IMG/VR virus record: IMGVR_UViG_3300032050_000111
Location: 1,627 to 65,626 of that record
Length of the DNA stretch: 64,000 bases
DNA from: a virus
Taxonomy: Duplodnaviria; Caudoviricetes
Reading direction: 5' to 3' (one strand)
How positions within the stretch are numbered: the first letter of the stretch is position 1; every line of letters begins with the position of its first letter. Of this stretch, positions 36,305-46,067 are shown in pieces. The notes beneath the pieces were generated by a model, which worked only from the letters and a program-made list of their open reading frames with translations, was not told the DNA's origin and did no database searches. A program made the position numbers and the translations under genes.

Positions 36305-36862
36305 ATGCTTGAGATCCTCTCCTTCATCACGGGCTTCCTCGGGCCGCTCGTTCCGCAAGTGTTCAAGTGGTTCGAGCGCAAGCAGGAGTACGCGCACGAG
36401 CTTGCCCTGATGAAGTTGCGGCTTGAGCAGGGTGCGCAGGAGCACCTGTGGCGCATGGAGCAGATCAGCGCGACAGCAGACATTGCCGAGATGAAGACGC
36501 TGCGCACGCCGCAGCAATCGTTCGGGGTGCAACTGCTGGACGCGGCGAAGGAATGGGTGACGGACACTCGCTGGGGCGCGGTGGTGATCGTGCCGGTGTT
36601 TTATCTGTTCGCGCTGTTGGACTTCATCCTCGGCATGGTGCGGCCCGTCATCACCTATGCCGCGTTCGGGTTCTACATGGTCTACAAGTGGACTTTGTTT
36701 GAGTCGCTCGCCGCCAACACCACCAAGGAAGCCGCGATTCTCGCCACATGGTCCGATCAGGACTGGGCAGTGCTCCTGCTGGTGTTGGGCTACTACTTCG
36801 GCCAGCGCACGATGCGGGCGGCGTTCGGCGGCAGCACCCAGAATGACAAGCGTGCGGGGTGA
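36305..36862 (+). CDS. membrane protein, putative holin
   Basis: Several TM segments; VRPVITY and YYFGQR; precedes the lysozyme. Confidence 0.6.
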   Translation: MLEILSFITGFLGPLVPQVFKWFERKQEYAHELALMKLRLEQGAQEHLWRMEQISATADIAEMKTLRTPQQSFGVQLLDAAKEWVTDTRWGAVVIVPVFYLFALLDFILGMVRPVITYAAFGFYMVYKWTLFESLAANTTKEAAILATWSDQDWAVLLLVLGYYFGQRTMRAAFGGSTQNDKRAG

Positions 36863-36865
36863 TCC

Positions 36866-37336
36866 TTGGGCCGCTGGTTGCATCTTGCCCGCGACCTCGC
36901 GCATGAGTTCGAGGGGCTGCACCGGGTGGGTCAGGATGGCCTGATCTACCCGTACCACGACCCTGTAGGTTTTCCGACACAGGGCTGGGGCAGGCTGCTG
37001 AGTCGCAACAAGTGGGAGTCCCTGAGCCGCTATCACCCCATCACGCGGGCCGAGGCGGACGAATGGTGCAACGAGGATCTCGCCAAGCACGCGCGAGCGG
37101 TGTGGTCCCTGTGCCCGGTGGAGATGACGCCGGGGATGTTCGCCGCGCTGGTGGACTTCAGTTTCAACGCCGGGCCGGGAAACCTTGAGATCAGCACACT
37201 GCGCCGCCGCCTGCTGGCTGGCGACTACGAAGGCGCAGCCGATCAATTCCCACGCTGGGTCTATGCACAAGGGGTAAAATTGCCGGGACTTGTGCGCCGC
37301 CGCGCTGCTGAGCGTGCGCTCTTCCTGAAGGAGTAG
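36866..37336 (+). CDS. endolysin, GH24 lysozyme
   Basis: FEG..PYHDPVGFPTQGWG..ALVDFSFNAG..RWVYA.G..LPGLVRRRAAE. Confidence 0.93.
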   Translation: MGRWLHLARDLAHEFEGLHRVGQDGLIYPYHDPVGFPTQGWGRLLSRNKWESLSRYHPITRAEADEWCNEDLAKHARAVWSLCPVEMTPGMFAALVDFSFNAGPGNLEISTLRRRLLAGDYEGAADQFPRWVYAQGVKLPGLVRRRAAERALFLKE

Positions 37337-37338
37337 CC

Positions 37339-39462
37339 GTGTCCTTGTTCAAAGCCGTTTTCAAAGCCGGCGTCAATCGCGAAAACACGCGGTATACCAC
37401 TGAAGGCGGCTGGTACGACTGCGACAAAATCCGTTTTCGGCAAGGCACGCCAGAGCAAATTGGCGGGTGGGTGCGCATTTCAGCAAACACGTTCATAGGT
37501 ATCTGTCGCTCCCTCTGGAACTGGATTACGCTGTCAGCACAGAACCTTATGGGTGTAGGCACAAACCGCAAGTTCTACATCGAGCTTGGCGGAGCGTACA
37601 ACGACGTTACGCCGATTCGTAGCACGGTTACGCTGACAAACCCTTTCACTGCTACGAACGGCTCTGCTGTAATCAACGTCACGCACACGGACCATGGCGC
37701 ACTGACTGGCGACTATGTGACGTACATGGGGGCGGGTATTACAGGGCTTGGCGGCAATATAACTGCCAGCGTACTGACCGGCGAATTCGTCATCACCGTC
37801 ATTAACACCAACTCCTACTCCATCACCGTAGGAGCGACGGCGAATGCAACAGACGCTGCAGGTTCTCCCGGGGGCGGTTCCGTCATTACGCAGTACCAAG
37901 TCAACTCAGGTGAAACTGCCGCCAATCCTCTGCTTGGCTGGGGTTCAGGAGGGTGGGGCGCAGCGCCTTGGGGCGGTAGCCCGCCGCTACCCATCAATCC
38001 CACTGTTCCGCTATTGCGCATATGGAATCAGCAGAACTTCGGGGAAGACCTGATATACGGTCCTAACGGGGGCGCGTTATACTATTGGGACGCTTCCAAG
38101 GGGGTTACCTCTTCTACGATCTTCGTAACTATTGCTTCTCCGGCAGTGGTTACTTTCACGTTTGCGCCTGTCGAAGGCATGGTGGTGTCTTTCACGACTA
38201 CCGGCGCGCTGCCTACAGGGCTGGCAGTGGGGGCGTACTACTATGTCGTCAACGTATTTGCTTTTACAGCGCAGCTGTCGCTAACGTATAACGGGCCGGC
38301 CATCAATACCTCAGGAACGCAGTCTGGCACGCACTCGTTGTCGGCACGAGGCGTTCCTTTGTCGACTATGCCCGGCGCTTCAGACACTCCGCTGTACGCC
38401 AACTACGCGCTTGTTTCCGACACAAGCCGTTTTGTGTTTGCGTTCGGCACGAACGAAATCGGTTCCACCGCTATTGACCCGATGCTGGTGCGGTGGTCTG
38501 ACCAAGAAGACGCCGCTAACTGGACCCCTTCTGCGGTCACACAGGCGGGCTTTACGCGGCTATCAAGCGGCTCGACGTTTGTAGCTGCTGTGCAAACTCG
38601 CCAAGAGATCGTCGTCTTTACTGACTCTGCGCTGTACTCGTTTCAGTATGTCGGCCCTCCGTACGTTTGGACAAGCCAGCCGCTGTCGGCCAACATCTCC
38701 ATCATCAGCACACGCGCGGCGTCGCTAGCCTCCGGCGTAGTCTACTGGATGGGTGTTGACAAGTTCTACATGTACGATGGCCGCGTGCAAACGCTACGCT
38801 GCGACCTTCGGCAGTTCATCTACAATGATATCAACTTGGGACAAGCTTCCCAAGTTTTTTCCAGCACAAACGAAGGCTTTAACGAGGTGTGGTGGTTCTA
38901 CTGCACAGCCAACAGCACAACGGTAGATCGCTACGTCGTTTATAACTACGGCGAAGACGTGTGGTACTACGGCTCGATGGCACGCACGGCGTGGATCGAT
39001 TCCGCGCTGCGCAATAACCCGCAAGCCGCGACGTATCTGAACAACCTTGTGGCGCATGAATCGGGCACGGACGATAACGCCACCGGGACGCCAGCAGCAA
39101 TCGAATCCTACATCCAGTCCTCTGAGTTCGACATCGGCGACGGACACAATTTCGGCTACATCTGGCGGGTGCTGCCTGATATAACTTTTAGGGGCTCTTC
39201 GTCGGCTGCGCCGACTGCTAACTTCACGCTGTTGACGTTGAAAAACGCAGGCTCTGGCTACACAACGCCGGCTTCGCAGGGTGGGACAAACAGCGCGAAC
39301 GTGGTGCGTACGGCAACCGTACCGGTAGAGGCGTTTACAGGCCAAGTGTACACGCGCGTGCGTGGCAGGCAGATAGCACTTAAAGTATCTAGCGCACAAG
39401 TGGGCACAACTTGGCAGTTAGGCGCGCCGCGTCTCGACATTAGACCGGATGGGAGAAAGTAA
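37339..39462 (+). CDS. putative tail nozzle / P22 gp10-like DNA stabilisation protein
   Basis: 707 aa, beta-rich; VRWSDQE, YWMG, FNEVWWFY; ends PDGRK. Confidence 0.7.
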   Translation: MSLFKAVFKAGVNRENTRYTTEGGWYDCDKIRFRQGTPEQIGGWVRISANTFIGICRSLWNWITLSAQNLMGVGTNRKFYIELGGAYNDVTPIRSTVTLTNPFTATNGSAVINVTHTDHGALTGDYVTYMGAGITGLGGNITASVLTGEFVITVINTNSYSITVGATANATDAAGSPGGGSVITQYQVNSGETAANPLLGWGSGGWGAAPWGGSPPLPINPTVPLLRIWNQQNFGEDLIYGPNGGALYYWDASKGVTSSTIFVTIASPAVVTFTFAPVEGMVVSFTTTGALPTGLAVGAYYYVVNVFAFTAQLSLTYNGPAINTSGTQSGTHSLSARGVPLSTMPGASDTPLYANYALVSDTSRFVFAFGTNEIGSTAIDPMLVRWSDQEDAANWTPSAVTQAGFTRLSSGSTFVAAVQTRQEIVVFTDSALYSFQYVGPPYVWTSQPLSANISIISTRAASLASGVVYWMGVDKFYMYDGRVQTLRCDLRQFIYNDINLGQASQVFSSTNEGFNEVWWFYCTANSTTVDRYVVYNYGEDVWYYGSMARTAWIDSALRNNPQAATYLNNLVAHESGTDDNATGTPAAIESYIQSSEFDIGDGHNFGYIWRVLPDITFRGSSSAAPTANFTLLTLKNAGSGYTTPASQGGTNSANVVRTATVPVEAFTGQVYTRVRGRQIALKVSSAQVGTTWQLGAPRLDIRPDGRK

Positions 39463-40070
39463 TGGCGCAGCTGATCCCGCCCCGCGCCCCTAACCTACCA
39501 CTAGCGCCAAAAGAATACGACTCGGGGCACCAAGAAAAGCTCACAAATGCGCTGCGACTGTACTTCCGGCAGCTTGACAGCGCGCTTACGCAGCTGCTCA
39601 GGGGTTTTAACAACTACGGTACTTTCTACAGCACCACCACGCAGACGAACCCGGTAACGTCCGCAGTAAACCTTGTGACGTATGACACTACTGCAGAGGC
39701 ATTCGGGGTAAGTGTAGACGCAATCAACCCGTCGAGGCTTGAGGTAACGATGGCCGGCGTTTACAACTTTCAGTTCTCTGCGCAGCTAGACCACACAGGC
39801 GGCGGTAAAGCGGCGTTCTACTTCTGGTTTAGGATAAACGGCACTGACGTGCCCGACAGCGCTACCAAGATGGTCTTGGCCGGAGCAACTGATGAAGTGG
39901 TAGCGGCATGGAACTACCTCGTGTCTTTGAGCGCGGGTGACTACTTTGAACTTGTGTGGAGTTCTCCCGATTCCGGCGCTAGAATACTCGCAGAGCCTGC
40001 GGCAGCGCCCATCCCCGCCATTCCGTCCGTCATCATGACGGCTACCTACGCCTATCCGGCGGACAATTGA
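39462..40070 (+). CDS. putative tail needle/accessory protein with C1q-like beta domain
   Basis: LRLYF; GVYNFQFSAQL; AGDYFELVW. Confidence 0.65.
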   Translation: MAQLIPPRAPNLPLAPKEYDSGHQEKLTNALRLYFRQLDSALTQLLRGFNNYGTFYSTTTQTNPVTSAVNLVTYDTTAEAFGVSVDAINPSRLEVTMAGVYNFQFSAQLDHTGGGKAAFYFWFRINGTDVPDSATKMVLAGATDEVVAAWNYLVSLSAGDYFELVWSSPDSGARILAEPAAAPIPAIPSVIMTATYAYPADN

Positions 40071-40077
40071 GGTACGC

Positions 40078-43000
40078 ATGAGCCTTGCGAATCTTGCTCA
40101 GGAAATCGCCCATAAAGGCCGTCACGGGGACTCCACCCTTGTGCATATGACTCCCGGCGAAGTAGCCGGTCTTGCCGCTATTGCTCGTGCGCATGGAGGG
40201 GAGCTTACGGTCAACCCCGAGACAGGTCTGCCTGAGGCAAATTTCCTCAAGAAGATCCTGCCGGCACTTGCCGGTGCAGCGGTAAGCAGCGTCACGGGAT
40301 GGAACCCTTTTGCGTCCAGTCTGCTGATCGGCAGCGCCACGGGGCTGGCCTCTGGCAGTCTCAGCAAGGGCCTCGCGGCGGGACTCGGGGCCTACAGCGG
40401 TGCCAGTCTGGCGGGTGGGCTGACAGACCTTGGCGCGCAGGCATTGGCTAATCAGGCGGCATCGGTGCCCTACGCGGCCAATCTGCCGCCCGGAGAAGTG
40501 TTCAGCGCAAGTGCTGCGCCGTCTGCATTTGACAAGATTGGGGCTGGGTTTGGTCGACTGACCGAGAAGGGCGGACCGCAGGCGTTTGTCGACGCCATGG
40601 GGGGCAGCAAGGGGCTGATGCAGGCAGGGCTGGCGGGGTTGGCTGGCGCGTCTATGATGGAGCCGCAAAAGACGGTACCGACGGTCACTAAGCAGCCGTC
40701 GTTGATTCGCCCAATGGTCATGCAGCGGCAGCAGCGGCCTTGGCAAGAAGCGCAGCAGATGGGCGGACAGTACTTCGATGACCGCCTTACGCCGTTGACG
40801 CCGTATGAGGCGGCGGGCGGTGGTGTTGTGCCGCCCCCGTCAGGAGAAGCTGTTCACTTGTACGCGGACGGCGGGTCGGTGGCAGGGAGTGCCACGCCTG
40901 CTGCAGCGCCTTTCTCGTCTCAGCAGATCGCAGACTACTACAAGCAGTTTGTTACGCAAGGCGGGATGTCAGAAGCTGACTTTGTCAGCGGGGCGCGCAA
41001 CTTTGGCGTCACTGATGCGCAGCTTATGAGCGCGCGCAATTTGCTCCTTGGGGTGCCTGAGAACACTTCGTGGGCTGCTGCTAACCAGATGGTTGCCCCG
41101 CCTCCGCAACAGCCGATGGGCGGGTATGGCGCTGACGCAGGCGCGATCAATCTTGCTGGTATGCCCGGTGCTAACGCTGGGCCTCCGGCTGCGGGTGTTG
41201 GCTCGATCAATCTTGCGGGTATGCCCGGTGCTGACGCTGGGCCTCCGGCTTCGTTTGCACCGGCTGCGGCGCAGCAGCCGCTTGGGGGCCCGCCGTCGCC
41301 GGCTGGAGGCACTGCGCCCAACAGCATCAGCACCCCGCCGCCTCCGCAGCAGCCGCTTGGGGGCCCGCCGTCGCCGGCTGGAGGCACTGCGCCCAACATC
41401 ATCAGCACTCCGCCGCCTCCGCAGCAACCTACGCGTTCGCGCCCGACTACAACGCGTCTGCCCGGTCTTGGCCTGACGCCGGAACAACTGGCGACTCAAT
41501 ACCAGATGTACGTCGCTTCTGGACGAAAAACAGAAGACGAGTTCATGTCCAACTTCAACATCGATCCGATGGCGTTGGCAGATCTCAAGCAGACTATGGT
41601 TAACCAGTCGCCGGCACAAGCGATAGCTGCGGCGCAGCCAACCGTCAATGAGGCGGTCGCTCCTGTTTCTGTTGCAGCGGCTCCAGCACAGCGTACGTTT
41701 ACTCCCCAAGAAATCGCTGGGTACTACGAAGATTTTGTTGTCAAACAGGGGATGTCCGACGCAGACTTTATCAAGTCTGCTCGCGACTTCGGCGTCACTG
41801 ACGATCAACTTCTTCAAGCGCGTGATGTCTTTTTGGCGTCCAAGCAGCCCCCTGCGCAGCCTGCGGCAAGCGTGGCCGCGCCTGCTAGTAGGGCAGGAGA
41901 GGCGCTTAATATGCGCAACCTGTCTGCCATGCAGCCGGATGACGCACTTGGCTACTTGCGGCAAATTACGCCGCAGCAGCTGCAGATTGAACAATCTGCG
42001 CCCGTGTACGAATCCGAGTACGGAGGGCGTACTTTCTACTCTGCGCCGGGAGGTGTGCCTTCAATCGGCAATCAGCTTACGCCTATTTACTCAGGTGGAG
42101 CAGGCGAGGGGGAATCGCCGACACTTACGGGGTTTGAACGGCAGATCACGCCCACTTTCGATCCAAGCTACGAAGGGGGTAGATACGGCGGCTACCACGC
42201 GGTATACGATACTTCCGGCAAACTGAAAGATGTTGTGTTTCGCCCAGAAGAACGTAGCGGCGGTTGGCTCGCAGAGAACATTGAGACTATCGCGCCTGCA
42301 GTAATAGGTGCGCTGGCGGGCCCAGGAGCCGCTGCCTTGCTTGGCGGGGGGACGGCTACAGCAGGTTCTAGTGCGCTTGCGGGCGCGCTTATGGGCGGAA
42401 CCTACGGCGCAGGTAGTGCCGCAGTCAATGACCAGAACGTACTTAAAGGGGCCGTTACCGGGGCGCTTACCGGGGCCGCATCTGGCGCGCTGCCGTATCT
42501 GTTTGATGGGGCGACTGCGGCGCCTATCGACGCCGAGCTTGGGTTCTCTAACTACAACGGCACAGGTGCTATCGGGTCTACGGGCATTGTCAGCGATCTT
42601 GACGAACTTGCGCAGATCCTGCCGGAAGGCGGAGTAAGCGCGGGCACCACGCCCTCTTTCACCACTGATCAGATTGTCGACGCTTACGAAGAGTTTGTTG
42701 GTCGGGGAGGAATGTCAGAAGCTGATTTTATTCAAGAAGCGTATAAGTACGGCGTAACCGATGAGCAGCTTCTGAATGCCCGACAGCAGCTGCTGCAAGA
42801 CATGGGGCTCGATACGACGAGTACGGCAGCAACGGGGCAAGGCGCTGTGAGCGCCGGAGATATTTCCGACGACATTCTTAGCTCAGCAATTGACCAACTT
42901 GAAGGCGGTATGTCGTATGACGACTATGTCAGGCTTGTGGACGAAATCACAGGTACTGGCACGGGCACGGGGGGCGTAGACCTGTCCGAAGCCGACATCA

Positions 43001-44916
43001 CCGACGCAGAGGTTGCTCAGACCGGCGGTAGGGGCGATGTCCTCGATGACCTGTCCGAAGCCGACATCACCGACGCAGAGGTTGCTCAGACCGGCGGTAG
43101 GGGCGATGTCCTCGATGACCTGTCCGAAGCTGACATCACCGACGCAGAGGTTGCGAATACGCTAGGTAGAGACATTGCCGATGATTTGTCCGATGACGCT
43201 GTTAAAGCCGCCATTGATCAAATGGAAGGCGGTATGTCATATGACGACTATGTCCGGCTTGTTGACGAGATCACAGGTACCGGCGCAGGCACGGGGGGCG
43301 TAGACCTGTCCGAAGCTGACATCACCGACGCAGAGCTTACGGACACGCTCGGTAAAGACGTTGTCGATGATCTGTCCGAAGCTGACATCACCGACGCAGA
43401 GCTTACGGACACGCTAGGTAAAGATGTTGTCGATGACCTGTCCGAAGCGGACATTACCGACGCAGAGCTTACGGACACGCTAGGTAAAGATGTTGTCGAT
43501 GACCTGTCCGAAGCGGACATTACCGACGCAGAGGTTGCTCAGACCGGCGCTGAAAGCGATTTGGGCGATACCCGTGATGACATTGCCGACAGCGGCGGCA
43601 CCAGCGGTGATGTACTTGACCGCGATTTGGGCGATGCTTTTGATAAAGACGTTGAAGATGTATCCGATGACGCTGTTAAAGCCGCCATTGATCAAATGGA
43701 AGGCGGTACGTCGTATGACGACTATGTGCGGCTTGTGGACGAAATCACAGGCACTGGCGCAAGCACAGGCGCGAGCACAGGTACCAGCACTGGTACTGGC
43801 GGCGGCTTAGGCGCTTTGGCCGACACGGTCAAAAACATCGTAACGAACAACCCGACAGCCACCGCGCTAGGCATTGCAGCGCTTACAGGCGCGGTCAGCG
43901 GCGGCACGCAGCAAACGACCGGGACTAGCGGAGGCACTACGCAAAACATCCCGCGTTACACTTCTCCGCGCGTGTTCGGCAATGTTCAAGGGGGTGCGGG
44001 CCAAGGCAGTGTAAGTGGTGGCGTCGGGGGTGGCGGAGGTGGCGGCTACGCGGACGACAGCGGCAAAACGCAGTCGCAAATTGCGTACGAATACCTAATG
44101 GGTATGCGTCCGTCTTCTCGCGCGTACCGTGGCGCGCCTGTTCAGCAAGCCCCTGCTAGACCGGCGGCTGTTCAGCAAGCTCCTGCGCAACAAGTTTCTG
44201 CGCAGCAAGCTTCTGCGCAGCAAGCTCCTGCGCGCTCGTATAGTACGCAGGAGATCATGAACGCCTACAAGGACTTTGTAGGCAATCAGGGCATGACCGA
44301 AGAAACCTTCGTATCTGAAGCGCGTCGTTTGGGCATCACCGATGAAGAGCTTATGGCTGCGCGTGGGCAGCTACTGCAAGAAATGCAAGCTCCTGCGCAG
44401 CAAACCCCAGCGCGCTCGTATAGCACGCAAGAGATCATGAACGCCTACAAGGACTTTGTAGGCAATCAGGGCATGACCGAAGAAACCTTCGTGTCTGAAG
44501 CGCGTCGTTTGGGCATCACCGATGAAGAGCTTATGGCTGCGCGAGAACAACTGCTCCGCGAAATGCAGGCGGCGCCCATGGCGGCAGGAGGCATTGCAGC
44601 ACTTGCTGCCGGCGGACGTATGGCTGAGGGGCATCTAGGGAGCTACTCCGACGGAGGGCGTCTGCTGCGTGGGCCCGGGGACGGCGTTTCCGACTCCATT
44701 CCTGCTAGCATCGGCGGTAAGCACCCGGCGCGTCTGGCTGACGGTGAGTTTGTCATCCCCGCGCGTATCGTTTCGGAGCTTGGTAACGGGTCCACAGAAG
44801 CAGGCGCCCGCCAGCTTTACGCAATGATGGATCGTATTCAGAAGCGTCGAGGCAAGACTGTAGGCAAAAATGCCGTAGCAGTTGACTCCAAGGCACGTAA
44901 GTTCCTCCCCGCTTGA
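40078..44916 (+). CDS. giant internal virion/ejection protein with internal repeats
   Basis: GRHGDSTLVHM..NPETGLPEA N-terminus; GPGDGVSDSIPA..LADGEFV C-terminus. Confidence 0.8.
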   Translation: MSLANLAQEIAHKGRHGDSTLVHMTPGEVAGLAAIARAHGGELTVNPETGLPEANFLKKILPALAGAAVSSVTGWNPFASSLLIGSATGLASGSLSKGLAAGLGAYSGASLAGGLTDLGAQALANQAASVPYAANLPPGEVFSASAAPSAFDKIGAGFGRLTEKGGPQAFVDAMGGSKGLMQAGLAGLAGASMMEPQKTVPTVTKQPSLIRPMVMQRQQRPWQEAQQMGGQYFDDRLTPLTPYEAAGGGVVPPPSGEAVHLYADGGSVAGSATPAAAPFSSQQIADYYKQFVTQGGMSEADFVSGARNFGVTDAQLMSARNLLLGVPENTSWAAANQMVAPPPQQPMGGYGADAGAINLAGMPGANAGPPAAGVGSINLAGMPGADAGPPASFAPAAAQQPLGGPPSPAGGTAPNSISTPPPPQQPLGGPPSPAGGTAPNIISTPPPPQQPTRSRPTTTRLPGLGLTPEQLATQYQMYVASGRKTEDEFMSNFNIDPMALADLKQTMVNQSPAQAIAAAQPTVNEAVAPVSVAAAPAQRTFTPQEIAGYYEDFVVKQGMSDADFIKSARDFGVTDDQLLQARDVFLASKQPPAQPAASVAAPASRAGEALNMRNLSAMQPDDALGYLRQITPQQLQIEQSAPVYESEYGGRTFYSAPGGVPSIGNQLTPIYSGGAGEGESPTLTGFERQITPTFDPSYEGGRYGGYHAVYDTSGKLKDVVFRPEERSGGWLAENIETIAPAVIGALAGPGAAALLGGGTATAGSSALAGALMGGTYGAGSAAVNDQNVLKGAVTGALTGAASGALPYLFDGATAAPIDAELGFSNYNGTGAIGSTGIVSDLDELAQILPEGGVSAGTTPSFTTDQIVDAYEEFVGRGGMSEADFIQEAYKYGVTDEQLLNARQQLLQDMGLDTTSTAATGQGAVSAGDISDDILSSAIDQLEGGMSYDDYVRLVDEITGTGTGTGGVDLSEADITDAEVAQTGGRGDVLDDLSEADITDAEVAQTGGRGDVLDDLSEADITDAEVANTLGRDIADDLSDDAVKAAIDQMEGGMSYDDYVRLVDEITGTGAGTGGVDLSEADITDAELTDTLGKDVVDDLSEADITDAELTDTLGKDVVDDLSEADITDAELTDTLGKDVVDDLSEADITDAEVAQTGAESDLGDTRDDIADSGGTSGDVLDRDLGDAFDKDVEDVSDDAVKAAIDQMEGGTSYDDYVRLVDEITGTGASTGASTGTSTGTGGGLGALADTVKNIVTNNPTATALGIAALTGAVSGGTQQTTGTSGGTTQNIPRYTSPRVFGNVQGGAGQGSVSGGVGGGGGGGYADDSGKTQSQIAYEYLMGMRPSSRAYRGAPVQQAPARPAAVQQAPAQQVSAQQASAQQAPARSYSTQEIMNAYKDFVGNQGMTEETFVSEARRLGITDEELMAARGQLLQEMQAPAQQTPARSYSTQEIMNAYKDFVGNQGMTEETFVSEARRLGITDEELMAAREQLLREMQAAPMAAGGIAALAAGGRMAEGHLGSYSDGGRLLRGPGDGVSDSIPASIGGKHPARLADGEFVIPARIVSELGNGSTEAGARQLYAMMDRIQKRRGKTVGKNAVAVDSKARKFLPA
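42862..43760 (+). repeat. coding tandem repeats (60-bp DLSEADITDAE units; 3x IDQ.EGG.SYDDYVRLVDEITGTG)
   Basis: Directly visible near-identical repeats. Confidence 0.92.
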
Positions 44917-44924
44917 GGTGAAAA

Positions 44925-46067
44925 ATGGCTGACGCAACTTCTTCTGTTGTTGAACAAACTAACATCCCCTCGTACGCGAGGCCGTATGTGGAAGAAATGC
45001 TCGGCGCAGCTGCTGGGCAGGTCTTTCAATACGCTACGGATGCGCAAGGTAATGTGCAAACAGACGCTGAAGGGCGTCCTGTCATTACCGGTTTCCAACC
45101 GCAGCAGTCTTACGGCGGGGAACGGTTTGCGCAATTTACGCCACTGCAGCTGCAGGCGTTTCAGGCGGCGCAGGGGCTCGGTCCTTCGGCAAACCTGCAA
45201 GATGCGACTAGCATGGCTAAGCAAGCCGGTCTCGGCGCGCTAGGCCACAGCTATACGCCTTTTTCTTTCACAGCGGACAATGTTGCGTCTGACGCGTTCA
45301 ATGCTGAACGTGCTCAACAATACATGAGTCCGTACATGCAAGGCGTTGTAGACGTACAGCAACGCGAGGCGCAGCGCCAAGCAGACATCGCGCGCAATCA
45401 ACTCAAGGCGCAGGCTACCCGTGCGGGCGCTTTTGGCGGTGCGCGGCAAGGCGTGATGGAGGCGGAAGCCAATCGCAATCTCGCGCTGCAGCTTGGCGAT
45501 ATTCAAGCTACGGGGCTGCAAGCCGCGTATCAGCAGGCACAGGCGCAGTTTAATGCCGACCAGCAACGTCGCATGCAGGCTGCTACGTCTAACCAGATGG
45601 CCGGTCTGCAGGCGCAGCAGCTTGGAGAGCAGTCTCGCCAGTTTGGTACAGGCCTTGGCATGCAAGCGCGGGGTCTTGGTTTGCAGGCGGCAGGCACGCT
45701 CGCTAATCTAGGCCAGACGGAGTTCGGACAGCAGACTGGCGCAATCGGGCTACAAAACCAGCTAGGCGGTCAACAACAGCAGCAAGTGCAAAATATTCTT
45801 GGCCAACAATACCAAGAGTTCGTTGAGCAAAAAGAAAACCCGTACACGCGCTTGGGCTTTATGTCTAACATGCTGCGCGGACTCCCCCTAGCGCAGACTA
45901 CGCAACAAGCAACGCCTGCTCAGCCCAGTGCGCTTAACCAGATCATCGGCTTGGGTACTGCTGCCGCAGGCATCGGCAAGCTGTTTGCGCAGGGGGGTGC
46001 GGTCAACGATAAAGGCAACTCGGGTCTGTACGAGCTTATGTTGTCGCAAGTGCAAGGAGTTCGGTGA
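44925..46067 (+). CDS. Q/G-rich DNA ejection (pilot-like) protein
   Basis: YMSPYMQ.V, AGAFGGARQGV; Q-rich. Confidence 0.75.
   Translation: MADATSSVVEQTNIPSYARPYVEEMLGAAAGQVFQYATDAQGNVQTDAEGRPVITGFQPQQSYGGERFAQFTPLQLQAFQAAQGLGPSANLQDATSMAKQAGLGALGHSYTPFSFTADNVASDAFNAERAQQYMSPYMQGVVDVQQREAQRQADIARNQLKAQATRAGAFGGARQGVMEAEANRNLALQLGDIQATGLQAAYQQAQAQFNADQQRRMQAATSNQMAGLQAQQLGEQSRQFGTGLGMQARGLGLQAAGTLANLGQTEFGQQTGAIGLQNQLGGQQQQQVQNILGQQYQEFVEQKENPYTRLGFMSNMLRGLPLAQTTQQATPAQPSALNQIIGLGTAAAGIGKLFAQGGAVNDKGNSGLYELMLSQVQGVR

Noticed and set aside
42862-43760. Tandem repeats as a CRISPR array
   Set aside because: They are in-frame coding repeats with synonymous variation and no unique spacers.
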